Positions 7,783-16,243 of a stretch of 25,051 nucleotides of DNA are shown piece by piece. The stretch lies in the NCBI GenBank assembly GCA_964607485.1, contig CAZSKP010000057.1, forward strand, positions 1-25,051, given 5' to 3'. Made by a program: the position numbers and the translations under genes. Position 1 is the first letter of the stretch. Each line of letters begins with the position of its first letter. The notes below the pieces were generated by a model. It saw nothing but the letters and a program-made list of their open reading frames with translations, was not told the DNA's origin and ran no database searches. This stretch comes from an uncultured bacterium (GTDB lineage Bacteria > Abyssobacteria > SURF-5).

Positions 7783-8799
7783 ATGCATCCAGCGTTAAAG
7801 ACTCCCATCTGCGAACTGCTGGGAATCGAGAAACCGATTGTCCAGGCCGGCATGGGCTTTGTGGCGCGATCCGAGTTGGCCGCCGCGGTATCGAACGCAG
7901 GCGGGCTGGGCGTCATCGGCGCGGCGTTCCTTACGCTCGACCAACTACGTGAGGAAATACACAAGACAAGGGGCATGACCGACAAACCCTTTGGGGTAGA
8001 TATCCTGTTTGCGACGTACGGCAGACCTTCGCCGGATCCGAGGATCGAAGAATTCACCGATGAGGTCAGAAGACAGATTGATATCGTGTTGGAAGAACGT
8101 GTTCCGATACTTGCATCGGGACTCGGGAATCCCGCCCCTGTTGTGCCGGAAGCGCACGACCTGGGAATAAAGGTGATCTCGCTCGTGGGAAACACGAAGA
8201 ACGCAAAGCGAGTGGCGGCGGGAGGCGTCGATGTCATTGTTGCGCAGGGGTACGATGGCGGCGGGCATACCGGCAGGGTGGGGACATTCACCGTCGTGCC
8301 CGCCGTAGTGGATTGCGTCGAACAGCCTGTGCTCGCGGCGGGCGGACTCGCCGACGGGCGCGGTCTTGTCGCCGCGATCGCATTGGGAGCTGTCGGCATA
8401 TGGATGGGCACCCGATTTGTAGCCAGCAAGGAGGCTTTCGCCCACGTCAATTACAAGAATAAGATTGCAGAAATCGACGACGAGGGAACTACACGAACGC
8501 GTTGCTTCACGGGCAAGCCGTGCCGGGTCATCAAGAACAAGACGACCGCGGAATGGGAAACCCGCGACGCCGAAATAGAGCCCTTCCCGATTCAAATTGG
8601 GAAAATAAGTGAATACATAGGGGAAAACGTATACGAGGCTTCCCGTTTGCACGGCAGAATTGAAATCGGTTCCTGCGCCGCGGGCCAGTCATCCGCACTG
8701 ATTCATGGCGTCAAGAGCGCTGGCGAGATTGTGAACGAGATCATGGCCGAAGCCGACGAAATTCTGGAGCAATTGACGCATCAGAGGCTCACACCTTGA
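7783..8799 (+). CDS. Nitronate monooxygenase / FabK-like FMN-dependent oxidoreductase
   Basis: LKTPICELLGIEKPIVQAGMG, SNAGGLGVIG, AQGYDGGGHTG, PVLAAGGLADGRG and WMGTRF. AGGAGG RBS. Confidence 0.9.
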   Translation: MHPALKTPICELLGIEKPIVQAGMGFVARSELAAAVSNAGGLGVIGAAFLTLDQLREEIHKTRGMTDKPFGVDILFATYGRPSPDPRIEEFTDEVRRQIDIVLEERVPILASGLGNPAPVVPEAHDLGIKVISLVGNTKNAKRVAAGGVDVIVAQGYDGGGHTGRVGTFTVVPAVVDCVEQPVLAAGGLADGRGLVAAIALGAVGIWMGTRFVASKEAFAHVNYKNKIAEIDDEGTTRTRCFTGKPCRVIKNKTTAEWETRDAEIEPFPIQIGKISEYIGENVYEASRLHGRIEIGSCAAGQSSALIHGVKSAGEIVNEIMAEADEILEQLTHQRLTP

Positions 8800-8937
8800 C
8801 GCCGCGCTGCCCGAATGAAGGGTCTTGAATTTCCCAAAGTTTTGTCATTTCTGTGGAAACAGGAATTGAGAATCTTCCGGCGAAGTTCATTCGGGCAACA
8901 GTCAGTTGAAATGTGAGCCAAGAGCAGGAGAATTGTT

Positions 8938-10500
8938 ATGGCACGGACATTCATTGCAGAACGACTGATAAACGTAGCTGAATCGAACGCGGATAAGCTT
9001 GCAGTCACCTTCGAGCGGGACTCGTTCACTTTTCAACAACTCCTCTCACGCGTCAATCAGCTCGTGAACGCCCTGGACGGTCTCGGAATCCGAAAGGGGG
9101 ATCGTGTCGCGATCCTCTCCCAGAACTGTCATCAATACAGGGAGCTGTTCTGGGCCGTCGCGCTGGGCGGTTTCATGATTGTTCCCGTGAACTATCGGCT
9201 GGCTCCGCGCGAGATTTCGTATATCCTCAATGACTCCGAATCGGTTGCCCTTCTCTTATCCGACGAGTATTCGCTTCTCGTTGACTCCATACGCGGGAAC
9301 CTGCGCACCGTCAGGCATTTCGTCGGAATACAAACCAAATCTGAAGAGCTCACCGACTACGAAGCATTGCTCAGTGAAAACTCTGATGCAATGTCTCGCA
9401 GCCTCCCGTCACCCGACGATTTGCTTTGGCTCCTGTACACAAGTGGCACGACCGGTCTTCCCAAGGGCGCCATGCACACGCACCGCAGCGTCACGGCGCT
9501 TGTCGATATGGCCGTAAACAACTTCGAGTTAGGCGAGGAGACTCGTTCGCTTGTTGTCACACCCTTCTATGCGCTCAGCGGCGGCGGATGGGACTCGATC
9601 TGTTCATGCATGGGAAGCATGACGGTCATACTCCGCAACTTCAATCCTGTTGACGTGCTCGAGGCGATTCAGAATTTTCGCATCACCGACGTTCATCTCG
9701 TTCCCGTTATGATCAACTTCATTGTCAATTGTCCGGACTTCGGGCAGTACGACATCTCCAGTCTCAAGCGAATCACGTACGGGGCGTCCCCCATGCCGCC
9801 GGAACTGATGAAAAGGGCCATGGAACGTATCGGGCCGATATTCATCCAGGATTACGGCTGTGCCGAGGGTGGACTCATGACAGTGCTGCCTGAATCCGAA
9901 CACGCGGTCGAAGGACCGGGAGAAAAGACTCGGCGACTTGCCTCCTGCGGAAAGGGGCTGCCTGAGCTGGACGTGCGGGTGCTGAACGAACAAGGCCGCG
10001 ACGTGGCGCCTGGCGAAGTGGGCGAACTCACGGTCAAAGGCGACACCGTGATGAAGGGCTACTGGAACATGCCCGAGGCAACGGCCGAGGTCCTGAAAGA
10101 TGGCAGATTCCATACCGGCGACCTTGCCACCGTTGACGAGGAAGGTTTCATATACATTGTCGATCGGAAAAAAGATATGATCATCAGCGGCGGGGCCAAC
10201 ATCTATCCGCGCGAGGTCGAGGACGTTCTCTATGCGCATCCCGCCGTCCTGGAGGCGGCGGTCATCGGCGTCCCGGATGATGAGTGGGGCGAGAACGCGA
10301 AGGCGCTGGTGGTCCTCAAGTCCGGAGCCGGTTGCACCGAGAATGAGATCATCGAACACTGCAAAGCCAACCTTGCAAGCTACAAGAAGCCTAAGAGTGT
10401 CGAATTCGTCGATTCCCTTCCGCGGAACCCGACCGGGAAGGTGCTGAAGCGGGTACTTCGCGAGAAGTACTGGGCTGGCAAAGACAGGCAAGTTCATTGA
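8938..10500 (+). CDS. Acyl-CoA synthetase (AMP-forming), long-chain-fatty-acid--CoA ligase family
   Basis: YTSGTTGLPKG, FHTGDLA, DRKKDMIISGGANIYP and LPRNPTGKVLKR. AGGAG RBS. Confidence 0.92.
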   Translation: MARTFIAERLINVAESNADKLAVTFERDSFTFQQLLSRVNQLVNALDGLGIRKGDRVAILSQNCHQYRELFWAVALGGFMIVPVNYRLAPREISYILNDSESVALLLSDEYSLLVDSIRGNLRTVRHFVGIQTKSEELTDYEALLSENSDAMSRSLPSPDDLLWLLYTSGTTGLPKGAMHTHRSVTALVDMAVNNFELGEETRSLVVTPFYALSGGGWDSICSCMGSMTVILRNFNPVDVLEAIQNFRITDVHLVPVMINFIVNCPDFGQYDISSLKRITYGASPMPPELMKRAMERIGPIFIQDYGCAEGGLMTVLPESEHAVEGPGEKTRRLASCGKGLPELDVRVLNEQGRDVAPGEVGELTVKGDTVMKGYWNMPEATAEVLKDGRFHTGDLATVDEEGFIYIVDRKKDMIISGGANIYPREVEDVLYAHPAVLEAAVIGVPDDEWGENAKALVVLKSGAGCTENEIIEHCKANLASYKKPKSVEFVDSLPRNPTGKVLKRVLREKYWAGKDRQVH

Positions 10501-10712
10501 CAAAGCGAATCCCATTCAACAGGCATGTGCGGATGACGAAGTCTGTGTAATGTTCGTGCCAACGACAAGGGCGTCGGTCGCAGATGCAGCCCTCCGGCCC
10601 GAAGGACCTTCTTTCGATCCCCAAGAGTGAAGGCTCCACCCATCCAACCTTTCGAATATTTTTCTTAGGAATTGAAGAATCCGTTCTTAATTCATCACGT
10701 ATCTGTTCGGCG

Positions 10713-10898
10713 GACTATCCATAGAAGTTGGCAGGTGAGATCAGACATTTTGTGTCTTACCACAGTGCGGAACTCTTTCATGAGGCTCTTGGAAACGAGA
10801 CGCCTGATGATGTATACTCTAACGAAAACGAAAAGACACTGGCAGAGGGCGTATTGCTCAGGCAGCAGACCCTCGCTCGACGGAGCGAGAATCGGAGC
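10713..10898 (+). mobile_element. Degenerate remnant of the C-terminus of an IS3/IS481-type DDE transposase
   Basis: The frame reads DYP*KLAGEIRHFVSYHSAELFHEALGNETPDDVY...LLRQQTLARRSENRS. This resembles the integrase-core tail pattern PWELExEIxxFVxYYNxxRYHEALGNVTPxDVY...LKxxTLxRR, with TAG where Trp (TGG) is expected. Confidence 0.6.
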
Positions 10899-10937
10899 AA
10901 TGACTATAGTGTTGCGGTTCATTCAAGGAGATTCGAA

Positions 10938-12449
10938 ATGGGAACTGAAATGAACGTAGGCTTCATGCTGACTCGAAGGGCCTTATTGAGTCCTGAAAAG
11001 ACAGGCTTGGTCTGTGAGGGAATCCGCCGCACATTCTCTCAGATGAACACCCGCGCCAATCAACTGGCCAACGCCATGACGGCCATGGGAATCAAGAGAG
11101 GCGACCGCGTGGGAGTCCTGGCCTTCAACGAGGCAGAATACTACGACCTGTTTTTCGGTCTTGGAAAGATCGGAGCCATCTTGGTCGCGGTAAGCTACCG
11201 TCTGGCCGGGCCGGAAGTCCAGTACATTCTCACGGACAGCAGTCCGAAGGCGCTGGTCTTCAGCCCGGAATTCGTCGACCTTGTGGATTCGATTCGGAAT
11301 GATATTCCGGCCAAGAAACTGATCGCCATCATGGATAATCCACCCGACTGGGCACAGTCATACGAATCGCTGATCGGCGCGGCTTCCGCTGATGAGCCGG
11401 AGTTGGTGGGGGAAAACGACGATACACTGACCATCCTGTACACGTCCGGAACCACTGGGCGACCCAAAGGTGCCGAGTTGACGCACGCTTATTACTTTTG
11501 GAGTAACGTTAATATCCACTCCACTATTCCCGAATTCAGCGAATCGATCTTGATCGCTCTGCCGCTGTTTCACATTGGCGCCTTGGCTGGGCCGCCCCTG
11601 TGCGTTCACAACGGTGCTCGCTCTATTCTGCTCAGGACATTCGATCCCACGCGTTTCCTGGAACTGATCCAAGAAGAAAAGGTAAACGCATTCGGTTCGG
11701 TGCCGGCTTTGCTCATGTTCCTCAAGTCTGTGCCCGATTTCGAAAAATACGATTGGAGTTCGGTCAAGGTGATTCTGGTGTACGCCGCCCCGGTGCCGGT
11801 CACCCTGCTCAACGAGTATGAGGAGGCCGGGATTGAAGTACGACAGTTATACGGCATGACCGAATGCAATACCGGCACTGTGCTGGATGGCACACACGCG
11901 CACAAGAAGGCGGGGTCTTGCGGCCGACCGTTCATCCATACCGAAATTCGACTGGTCGACATGGAAAATAATGACGTGCCCGTGGGAGAAACCGGTGAGG
12001 TCTTGATGAGGGCTCCCAATGTGATGAAAGGCTACTGGAATCGCCCCGAGGACACCGCCGCGACTATTGTGGACGGCTGGCTCCACAGCGGGGACATAGC
12101 CCGTATGGATGAAGATGGCTTCTTTTACATCATGGATCGCAAGAAAGACATGATCATTTCAGGTGGCGAAAACATATATCCGGCCGAAATCGAGGACAGG
12201 CTGTTGGCCCACCCGGCCATCGTGGATGTGGGCGTGATCGGTTATGCCCACGAAAGATGGGGTGAGGCGGTCAAAGCGGTAGTGGTCTTGCGTGAAGGGC
12301 ATTCATTGACCCAGGAGGAGCTGATCGAATGGTGCCACGGCAAGATCGGACGGTTCAAGATCCCCAAGGCCGTAGTGTTCGTGGACAGCCTCCCCCGCAC
12401 GCCGACTGGCAAGATTCTTAAGCGCGTTTTGCGAGAGGAATACGGCTAG
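10938..12449 (+). CDS. Acyl-CoA synthetase (AMP-forming), long-chain-fatty-acid--CoA ligase / MenE-like
   Basis: YTSGTTGRPKG, PLFHIGAL, QLYGMTE, GWLHSGD and LPRTPTGKILKR. Start moved to ATG 10938 behind AAGGAG (10925-10930) because the upstream 70 codons are not ligase-like. Confidence 0.92.
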   Translation: MGTEMNVGFMLTRRALLSPEKTGLVCEGIRRTFSQMNTRANQLANAMTAMGIKRGDRVGVLAFNEAEYYDLFFGLGKIGAILVAVSYRLAGPEVQYILTDSSPKALVFSPEFVDLVDSIRNDIPAKKLIAIMDNPPDWAQSYESLIGAASADEPELVGENDDTLTILYTSGTTGRPKGAELTHAYYFWSNVNIHSTIPEFSESILIALPLFHIGALAGPPLCVHNGARSILLRTFDPTRFLELIQEEKVNAFGSVPALLMFLKSVPDFEKYDWSSVKVILVYAAPVPVTLLNEYEEAGIEVRQLYGMTECNTGTVLDGTHAHKKAGSCGRPFIHTEIRLVDMENNDVPVGETGEVLMRAPNVMKGYWNRPEDTAATIVDGWLHSGDIARMDEDGFFYIMDRKKDMIISGGENIYPAEIEDRLLAHPAIVDVGVIGYAHERWGEAVKAVVVLREGHSLTQEELIEWCHGKIGRFKIPKAVVFVDSLPRTPTGKILKRVLREEYG

Positions 12450-12483
12450 GCCGGAGATGAGCAATCAAGTCAGCTTATTATGA

Positions 12484-12511
12484 GGGGTCAGGGGTTCGAG
12501 TCCTCTCTCCA
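12484..12511 (+). other. tRNA-like 3' fragment (variable loop plus T-arm)
   Basis: GGGGTC-AGGGG-TTCGAGT-CCTCT-CTCCA gives a canonical T-loop with a 5-bp stem (one G-U pair). No D-arm or complete acceptor stem is present. Confidence 0.4.
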
Positions 12512-12545
12512 ATTCTCTTCTTTTCGGTCACACAACCGCGAGAGC

Positions 12546-14171
12546 TCACGCCATTCCCGGAAAATCCTTTTCATAGGCGAAGAGGAGGTGCGAAACCTTG
12601 GGCGGGTCGTCGCCGACGTGGTAGGCGCGCGCCTTTTGGAACGCCGCCCGGTCGGCGACCGTCAGGCGCTCATGCTGCCTGAGATGTTCGATCCATGACT
12701 CGGTCACATAGAGCTCGACGTAACGGCCCGGGTCTGCCGTATCGCGGGTGAGGCTCCATCGAATTGCGCCGTCGCGTTTCCGTATCAGGCGAACGTCCCG
12801 CATGGCGCCGAGGAATTCATGCGCGTCCTTGGGGTCGATGAGGTATTCGACCATCACCACGACCGGCCCGTGTTCGGGGTCGAAGTCTCCCGCAGTCGCA
12901 GGAGTCTGCCAATCCATCGCGGGCGCCAGGTCCAAGTCCTCGAGCGGTGGGAGCTTGAAGCGCCTCGTCAGCACAAGGACAACGAGCATCCCGACCCCGG
13001 CGATGGTCAGTGAAGTCTGGATGTGCGTGTACTTCGCGACGGCTCCCCACAGCGCGCTGCCGAAGGTCAGGCTCCCGAAGAACACAAGCAGGTAGACCGA
13101 CAAGGCCCGCCCACGAACCCAAACGGGGACCGATGATTGGGTACACGCGTTGAAAGTTGAGAGGAGCGTGAGCCAGAAGACACCGGCAACGGCCATGGCG
13201 ATGCAGAGAAGGGGAAAACTCCGAACGAAGGCGAGAGCCAGAATCGCCGAGGAGGAAATAACTGAGCCGACGGCCACGAGCGTGTTCAATGAGAAGCGCC
13301 GTCGAAGGCGGGGCAGAATCATCGCGCCGGTCACAGAGCCTGCCCCGAGAAACCCAAGCAGGATTCCGTACGTGGTCGGCGTGCCTTTGAGCTCGAACCG
13401 CGCTATCAGCGGCAGCATCGGCCACAGCACGCTCCAAAAAATCACGAAGCAAATTGTGCGAATGAAAACAGATTGAAGCACGGGAGCGTGGCGAACGTAT
13501 CGCAGCCCCGTCCGCATTGCTCCGAACACGTGTTCGGTCGGCAAGGAGTCGCTATTCTCGGGGCGATGCCAGCCGAAGAGGACGACAATTACCCCGACGA
13601 ACGAAGCCGCGTTCAAGAGGAATACTGCGCCCGGTCCGGCAGCCGCGACAACGAGGCCGCCTATGGTGGGTCCGATGGCACGGGCCATGTTGAAACCGGC
13701 GCTGTTGAGGGAAACGGCGGCGGACAAATCGGAGCGTGGGACGACGTCGAGCACAATCGCTTGTCGCGCGGGTGCGTTCAGGGCGGCGCCGATGCCGAGT
13801 GCGAACGTGAACCCGAGCAAAGCCCACGCGGTGGTCACACCGGTGACCGTAAGCACGCCGAGCAATGCCGCAACCAAAAGCATCCAGATCTGTGCCGTCA
13901 ACAGGAGCCGTCTGCGGTCGATGATGTCGGCGAGCGCGCCCGCCGGCAGCGCAAGGAGAAACATTGGAAGAGTTATGGCCACCTGCACGAACGAAACCAT
14001 CAGGGGGGAGGGCGCAAGCGAAGTCATAAGCCACGCCGCGCCGACGCCTTGCATGAGAGTCCCGATGTTCGATACCAGGTTGGCGGTCCACAGTGCCCTG
14101 AAAATCTTAATTCGCAGCGGGCTCCACACAGACGCTTCTATAGGCCGTCCGTTCGGAAACTCTTCGTTCAA
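12546..14171 (-). CDS. MFS transporter (MFS_3/DUF894 type) with a C-terminal soluble domain
   Basis: About 12 hydrophobic segments, motif A GALADIIDRRRLL and FNMARAIGP. C-terminal domain GPVVVMVEY...RDGA...ESWIEHLRQHER. The likely start is TTG 14171, 7 nt after GGAGG; the ORF track uses GTG 14177. Confidence 0.88.
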   Translation of the reverse strand: MNEEFPNGRPIEASVWSPLRIKIFRALWTANLVSNIGTLMQGVGAAWLMTSLAPSPLMVSFVQVAITLPMFLLALPAGALADIIDRRRLLLTAQIWMLLVAALLGVLTVTGVTTAWALLGFTFALGIGAALNAPARQAIVLDVVPRSDLSAAVSLNSAGFNMARAIGPTIGGLVVAAAGPGAVFLLNAASFVGVIVVLFGWHRPENSDSLPTEHVFGAMRTGLRYVRHAPVLQSVFIRTICFVIFWSVLWPMLPLIARFELKGTPTTYGILLGFLGAGSVTGAMILPRLRRRFSLNTLVAVGSVISSSAILALAFVRSFPLLCIAMAVAGVFWLTLLSTFNACTQSSVPVWVRGRALSVYLLVFFGSLTFGSALWGAVAKYTHIQTSLTIAGVGMLVVLVLTRRFKLPPLEDLDLAPAMDWQTPATAGDFDPEHGPVVVMVEYLIDPKDAHEFLGAMRDVRLIRKRDGAIRWSLTRDTADPGRYVELYVTESWIEHLRQHERLTVADRAAFQKARAYHVGDDPPKVSHLLFAYEKDFPGMA

Positions 14172-14219
14172 ACGCACTCCTCCAATCTTATGCTCGAGGG
14201 CGATTGAAAAGAGCAGAGA

Positions 14220-15590
14220 TTATTCAAATGGTTCGTGCTTGGTTTTCCCGGGAGGCTCGATGCCAAGGCGCTTCATCTTGCGCCACAAGGTGGTCTTGTG
14301 CATGCCGAGTTCGCGGGCGGCGGCCGCACGGTTCCAGTTGTGCCGCTGGAGGCATTCTCTTATGAAATGCGCCTCGATCTCTTGCAGGTTTGCCGCGCTC
14401 GGCGAGGACAGGTCCCGGCTACTTTCCGGGCGGAGATGCTGAGGCAGATGCTCGGGCAAGATCACCCCGTTACGGCACAGGACGAAGGCGTGTTCGATGA
14501 TGTTTTCGAGCTCGCGTACGTTGCCGGGAAAATCGTGGTTCATGAGGATCGTCAATACCTCGGGCGACACGCCGGCGATATCCTTCCCGCGGACACGGTT
14601 GAACCGCGCTATGAGATGGTCGAGCAGGAGCGGGATGTCCTCCATGCGCTCGCGCAGTGGCGGTAGCGTGAGCTTGACGACGTTTATTCGATAGTACAGG
14701 TCCTGCCGAAACGTCCCTTTCTCCACAAGCTCGCCAAGGTTCTTGTGCGTTGCCGCCACGACGCGCACGTTTGCGACCACCGGCTTCGTGCCGCCCAGCG
14801 GTTCGTACGTCTTATCCTGCAACACCCGGAGTAGTCTTATCTGCAAGGCGGGAGACACATCCCCGACCTCGTCGAGAAAGACGGTGCCGCCTTCCGCCAG
14901 GGCGAAACGGCCCGGCTTGTCCTTCTTCGCATCCGTAAACGCGCCCGCTTTGTGTCCGAACAATTCCGATTCCAGCAGCGTGTCGGGCAGAGCGCCGCAG
15001 TTCACGGTTACCATCGGCTTCTTTCGGCGAGGGCTCAGGTTGTGTATAGCTCTGGCGAACAGCTCTTTGCCTGTTCCGCTTTCGCCCTCGATGAGCACCG
15101 TACTGTCGCTTTCGGCCACCTCGGGCAGAATATCGAAGAGCGCCTGCATCTTGTGGTTCTTGCTTATGATGTCCGCGAAGGTGTATTTCCGCGTGAGCTG
15201 CTTGCGGAGGTCTTCCACCACGGTGAGGTCGCGAAATGTCTCGACGCCACCGATTGTGTGGCCGGATTCGTCTTTCAGCAGCGCGGTCGAGATGCTGATG
15301 GGAATGCGCTCGCCCTCGGCGGTTATGATGTACACGGCCTTGTTGACTATAGGGCGACTGGTCTCCAGCGTCTGCCTCAGGGCGCAGTCGCTCTCGCAGA
15401 TGCTCGCCTTGAATACATCGCAGCAGCGGCGTCCGACAGCTTCCTCCCGCGGAATGCCGGTTATCTCTTCGGCCGCGCGATTGAACGACGTGATGCGCCA
15501 GTCGTCATCCACCGTGAACACGCCGTCGGCGATGCTGTCAAGGATGATGTCTCGCTCTTTCTTTCCTGCCAGACGATTCTCGCTTTGCAT
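14220..15590 (-). CDS. PAS-domain sigma54-dependent transcriptional activator (Fis-type HTH), OrpR-like
   Basis: N-terminal PAS (ILDSIADGVFTVD...FNRAAEEITG) with C-x8-C-x3-C. AAA+ motifs GESGTGKE, ESELFGH, GAFTDA, FLDEVGD, FRQDLYYRINV and PGNVRELEN. HTH AAARELGMHKTTLWRKMK. Confidence 0.93.
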   Translation of the reverse strand: MQSENRLAGKKERDIILDSIADGVFTVDDDWRITSFNRAAEEITGIPREEAVGRRCCDVFKASICESDCALRQTLETSRPIVNKAVYIITAEGERIPISISTALLKDESGHTIGGVETFRDLTVVEDLRKQLTRKYTFADIISKNHKMQALFDILPEVAESDSTVLIEGESGTGKELFARAIHNLSPRRKKPMVTVNCGALPDTLLESELFGHKAGAFTDAKKDKPGRFALAEGGTVFLDEVGDVSPALQIRLLRVLQDKTYEPLGGTKPVVANVRVVAATHKNLGELVEKGTFRQDLYYRINVVKLTLPPLRERMEDIPLLLDHLIARFNRVRGKDIAGVSPEVLTILMNHDFPGNVRELENIIEHAFVLCRNGVILPEHLPQHLRPESSRDLSSPSAANLQEIEAHFIRECLQRHNWNRAAAARELGMHKTTLWRKMKRLGIEPPGKTKHEPFE

Positions 15591-15616
15591 TTGATTCGAC
15601 CCTTTCAGACACGACC

Positions 15617-15645
15617 ATTATACACGCGCGCCGTTGAAATATCAA
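15617..15645 (-). promoter_or_regulatory. sigma70 promoter of the activator gene
   Basis: Minus strand TTGATA (15645-15640), 17-nt spacer, TATAAT (15622-15617), about 27 nt upstream of the ATG. Confidence 0.75.
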
Positions 15646-15691
15646 TGCAAATATGCAAGCTTGCAGGTCTTTGAATTTTGCATGATTGCAA
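15645..15691. promoter_or_regulatory. Putative upstream activator sequences (TGCA-N4-TGCA boxes) for the sigma54 activator
   Basis: TGCA at 15646, 15654, 15662, 15679 and 15687. TTGCATGATTGCAA has perfect 5-bp inverted arms. The boxes lie about 100-145 nt upstream of the -24/-12 site. Confidence 0.6.
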
Positions 15692-15790
15692 CTGCCGTTT
15701 TTTACCCAACCGTGTCAGATTTGGGAGCAAATATCTATAACATCTTACGTAATAAATGCTTATGGCAGTACATAGAGAGGTGCGCCTTTC

Positions 15791-15807
15791 TGGCATGAGA
15801 GATGCCA
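15791..15807 (+). promoter_or_regulatory. sigma54 (-24/-12) promoter of the ORP-like operon
   Basis: TGGCATGAGAGATGC has the exact GG-N10-GC spacing, about 27 nt before the first start codon, and is divergent from a sigma54 activator. Confidence 0.8.
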
Positions 15808-15832
15808 TATAAGGCAAGGGAGGCGGACAGAA

Positions 15833-16243
15833 GTGAAAGTGGCAATTCCAATCTGGCAGTCAAGAGTCTCGCCGGTGTTCGACTCGGCCGAGCGTTTGCT
15901 GGTGTTGGATGTCGAGTATGGCCGCGAGCTGTCACGGGTCGAGCGGCCGCTTGCCGGAGTGCCTCCCACGAGGCGGGCGAGGCACCTGAGCGAACTTGGC
16001 GTGGAAGTGCTCTTGTGTGGGGCGATCTCGCGGCCGGTCGCGCAGATGATGGCGGCGAGCGGTATCCAGGTGATCCCCTGGGTATCGGGGGATGTCGACG
16101 ATCTCGTCGCCTGGTATCTCGACGGAAGACCGCTCGAAAGGCGCTTTCTGATGCCCGGATGCGGCCACAGGAATCGATTTCGGGGAAGTTGTCGGCGGGG
16201 TCGCGCCAGGCACTGGGCAAATTATCCGGAGGAATACGTATGA
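15833..16243 (+). CDS. NifB/NifX family (dinitrogenase FeMo-cofactor biosynthesis domain) protein
   Basis: MKVAIPIWQSRVSPVFDSAERLLV...LGVEVLLCGAISRP...GIQVIPWVSGDV...FLMPGC. GGGAGG RBS. Confidence 0.85.
   Translation: MKVAIPIWQSRVSPVFDSAERLLVLDVEYGRELSRVERPLAGVPPTRRARHLSELGVEVLLCGAISRPVAQMMAASGIQVIPWVSGDVDDLVAWYLDGRPLERRFLMPGCGHRNRFRGSCRRGRARHWANYPEEYV

Noticed and set aside
7434-8450. 338-aa minus-strand ORF
   Set aside because: It is an antisense shadow of the crotonase and nitronate monooxygenase genes, Ser/Pro/Ala/Thr-rich with no family motifs, which is typical of GC-rich coding DNA.
10743-10757. AGACA-N5-TGTCT palindrome as a second copy of the XRE operator
   Set aside because: The spacing differs from GACAC-GG-GTGTC at 5553-5564 and it lies inside the transposase remnant, so it is probably chance.
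12450-12545. Complete tRNA gene
   Set aside because: Only the T-arm and variable loop are recognisable. There is no D-arm or 7-bp acceptor stem, so it is reported as a fragment only.
13473-15674. Several long plus-strand ORFs (244, 259, 283 and 240 aa)
   Set aside because: All lie antisense to the well-supported MFS and sigma54 activator genes and show no recognisable motifs.
15802-16239. 146-codon N-terminal extension of the orange-protein ORF
   Set aside because: It overlaps the real NifX-like gene 15833-16243 in another frame and begins inside the sigma54 promoter. The true start at 16240 has a GGAGG RBS.
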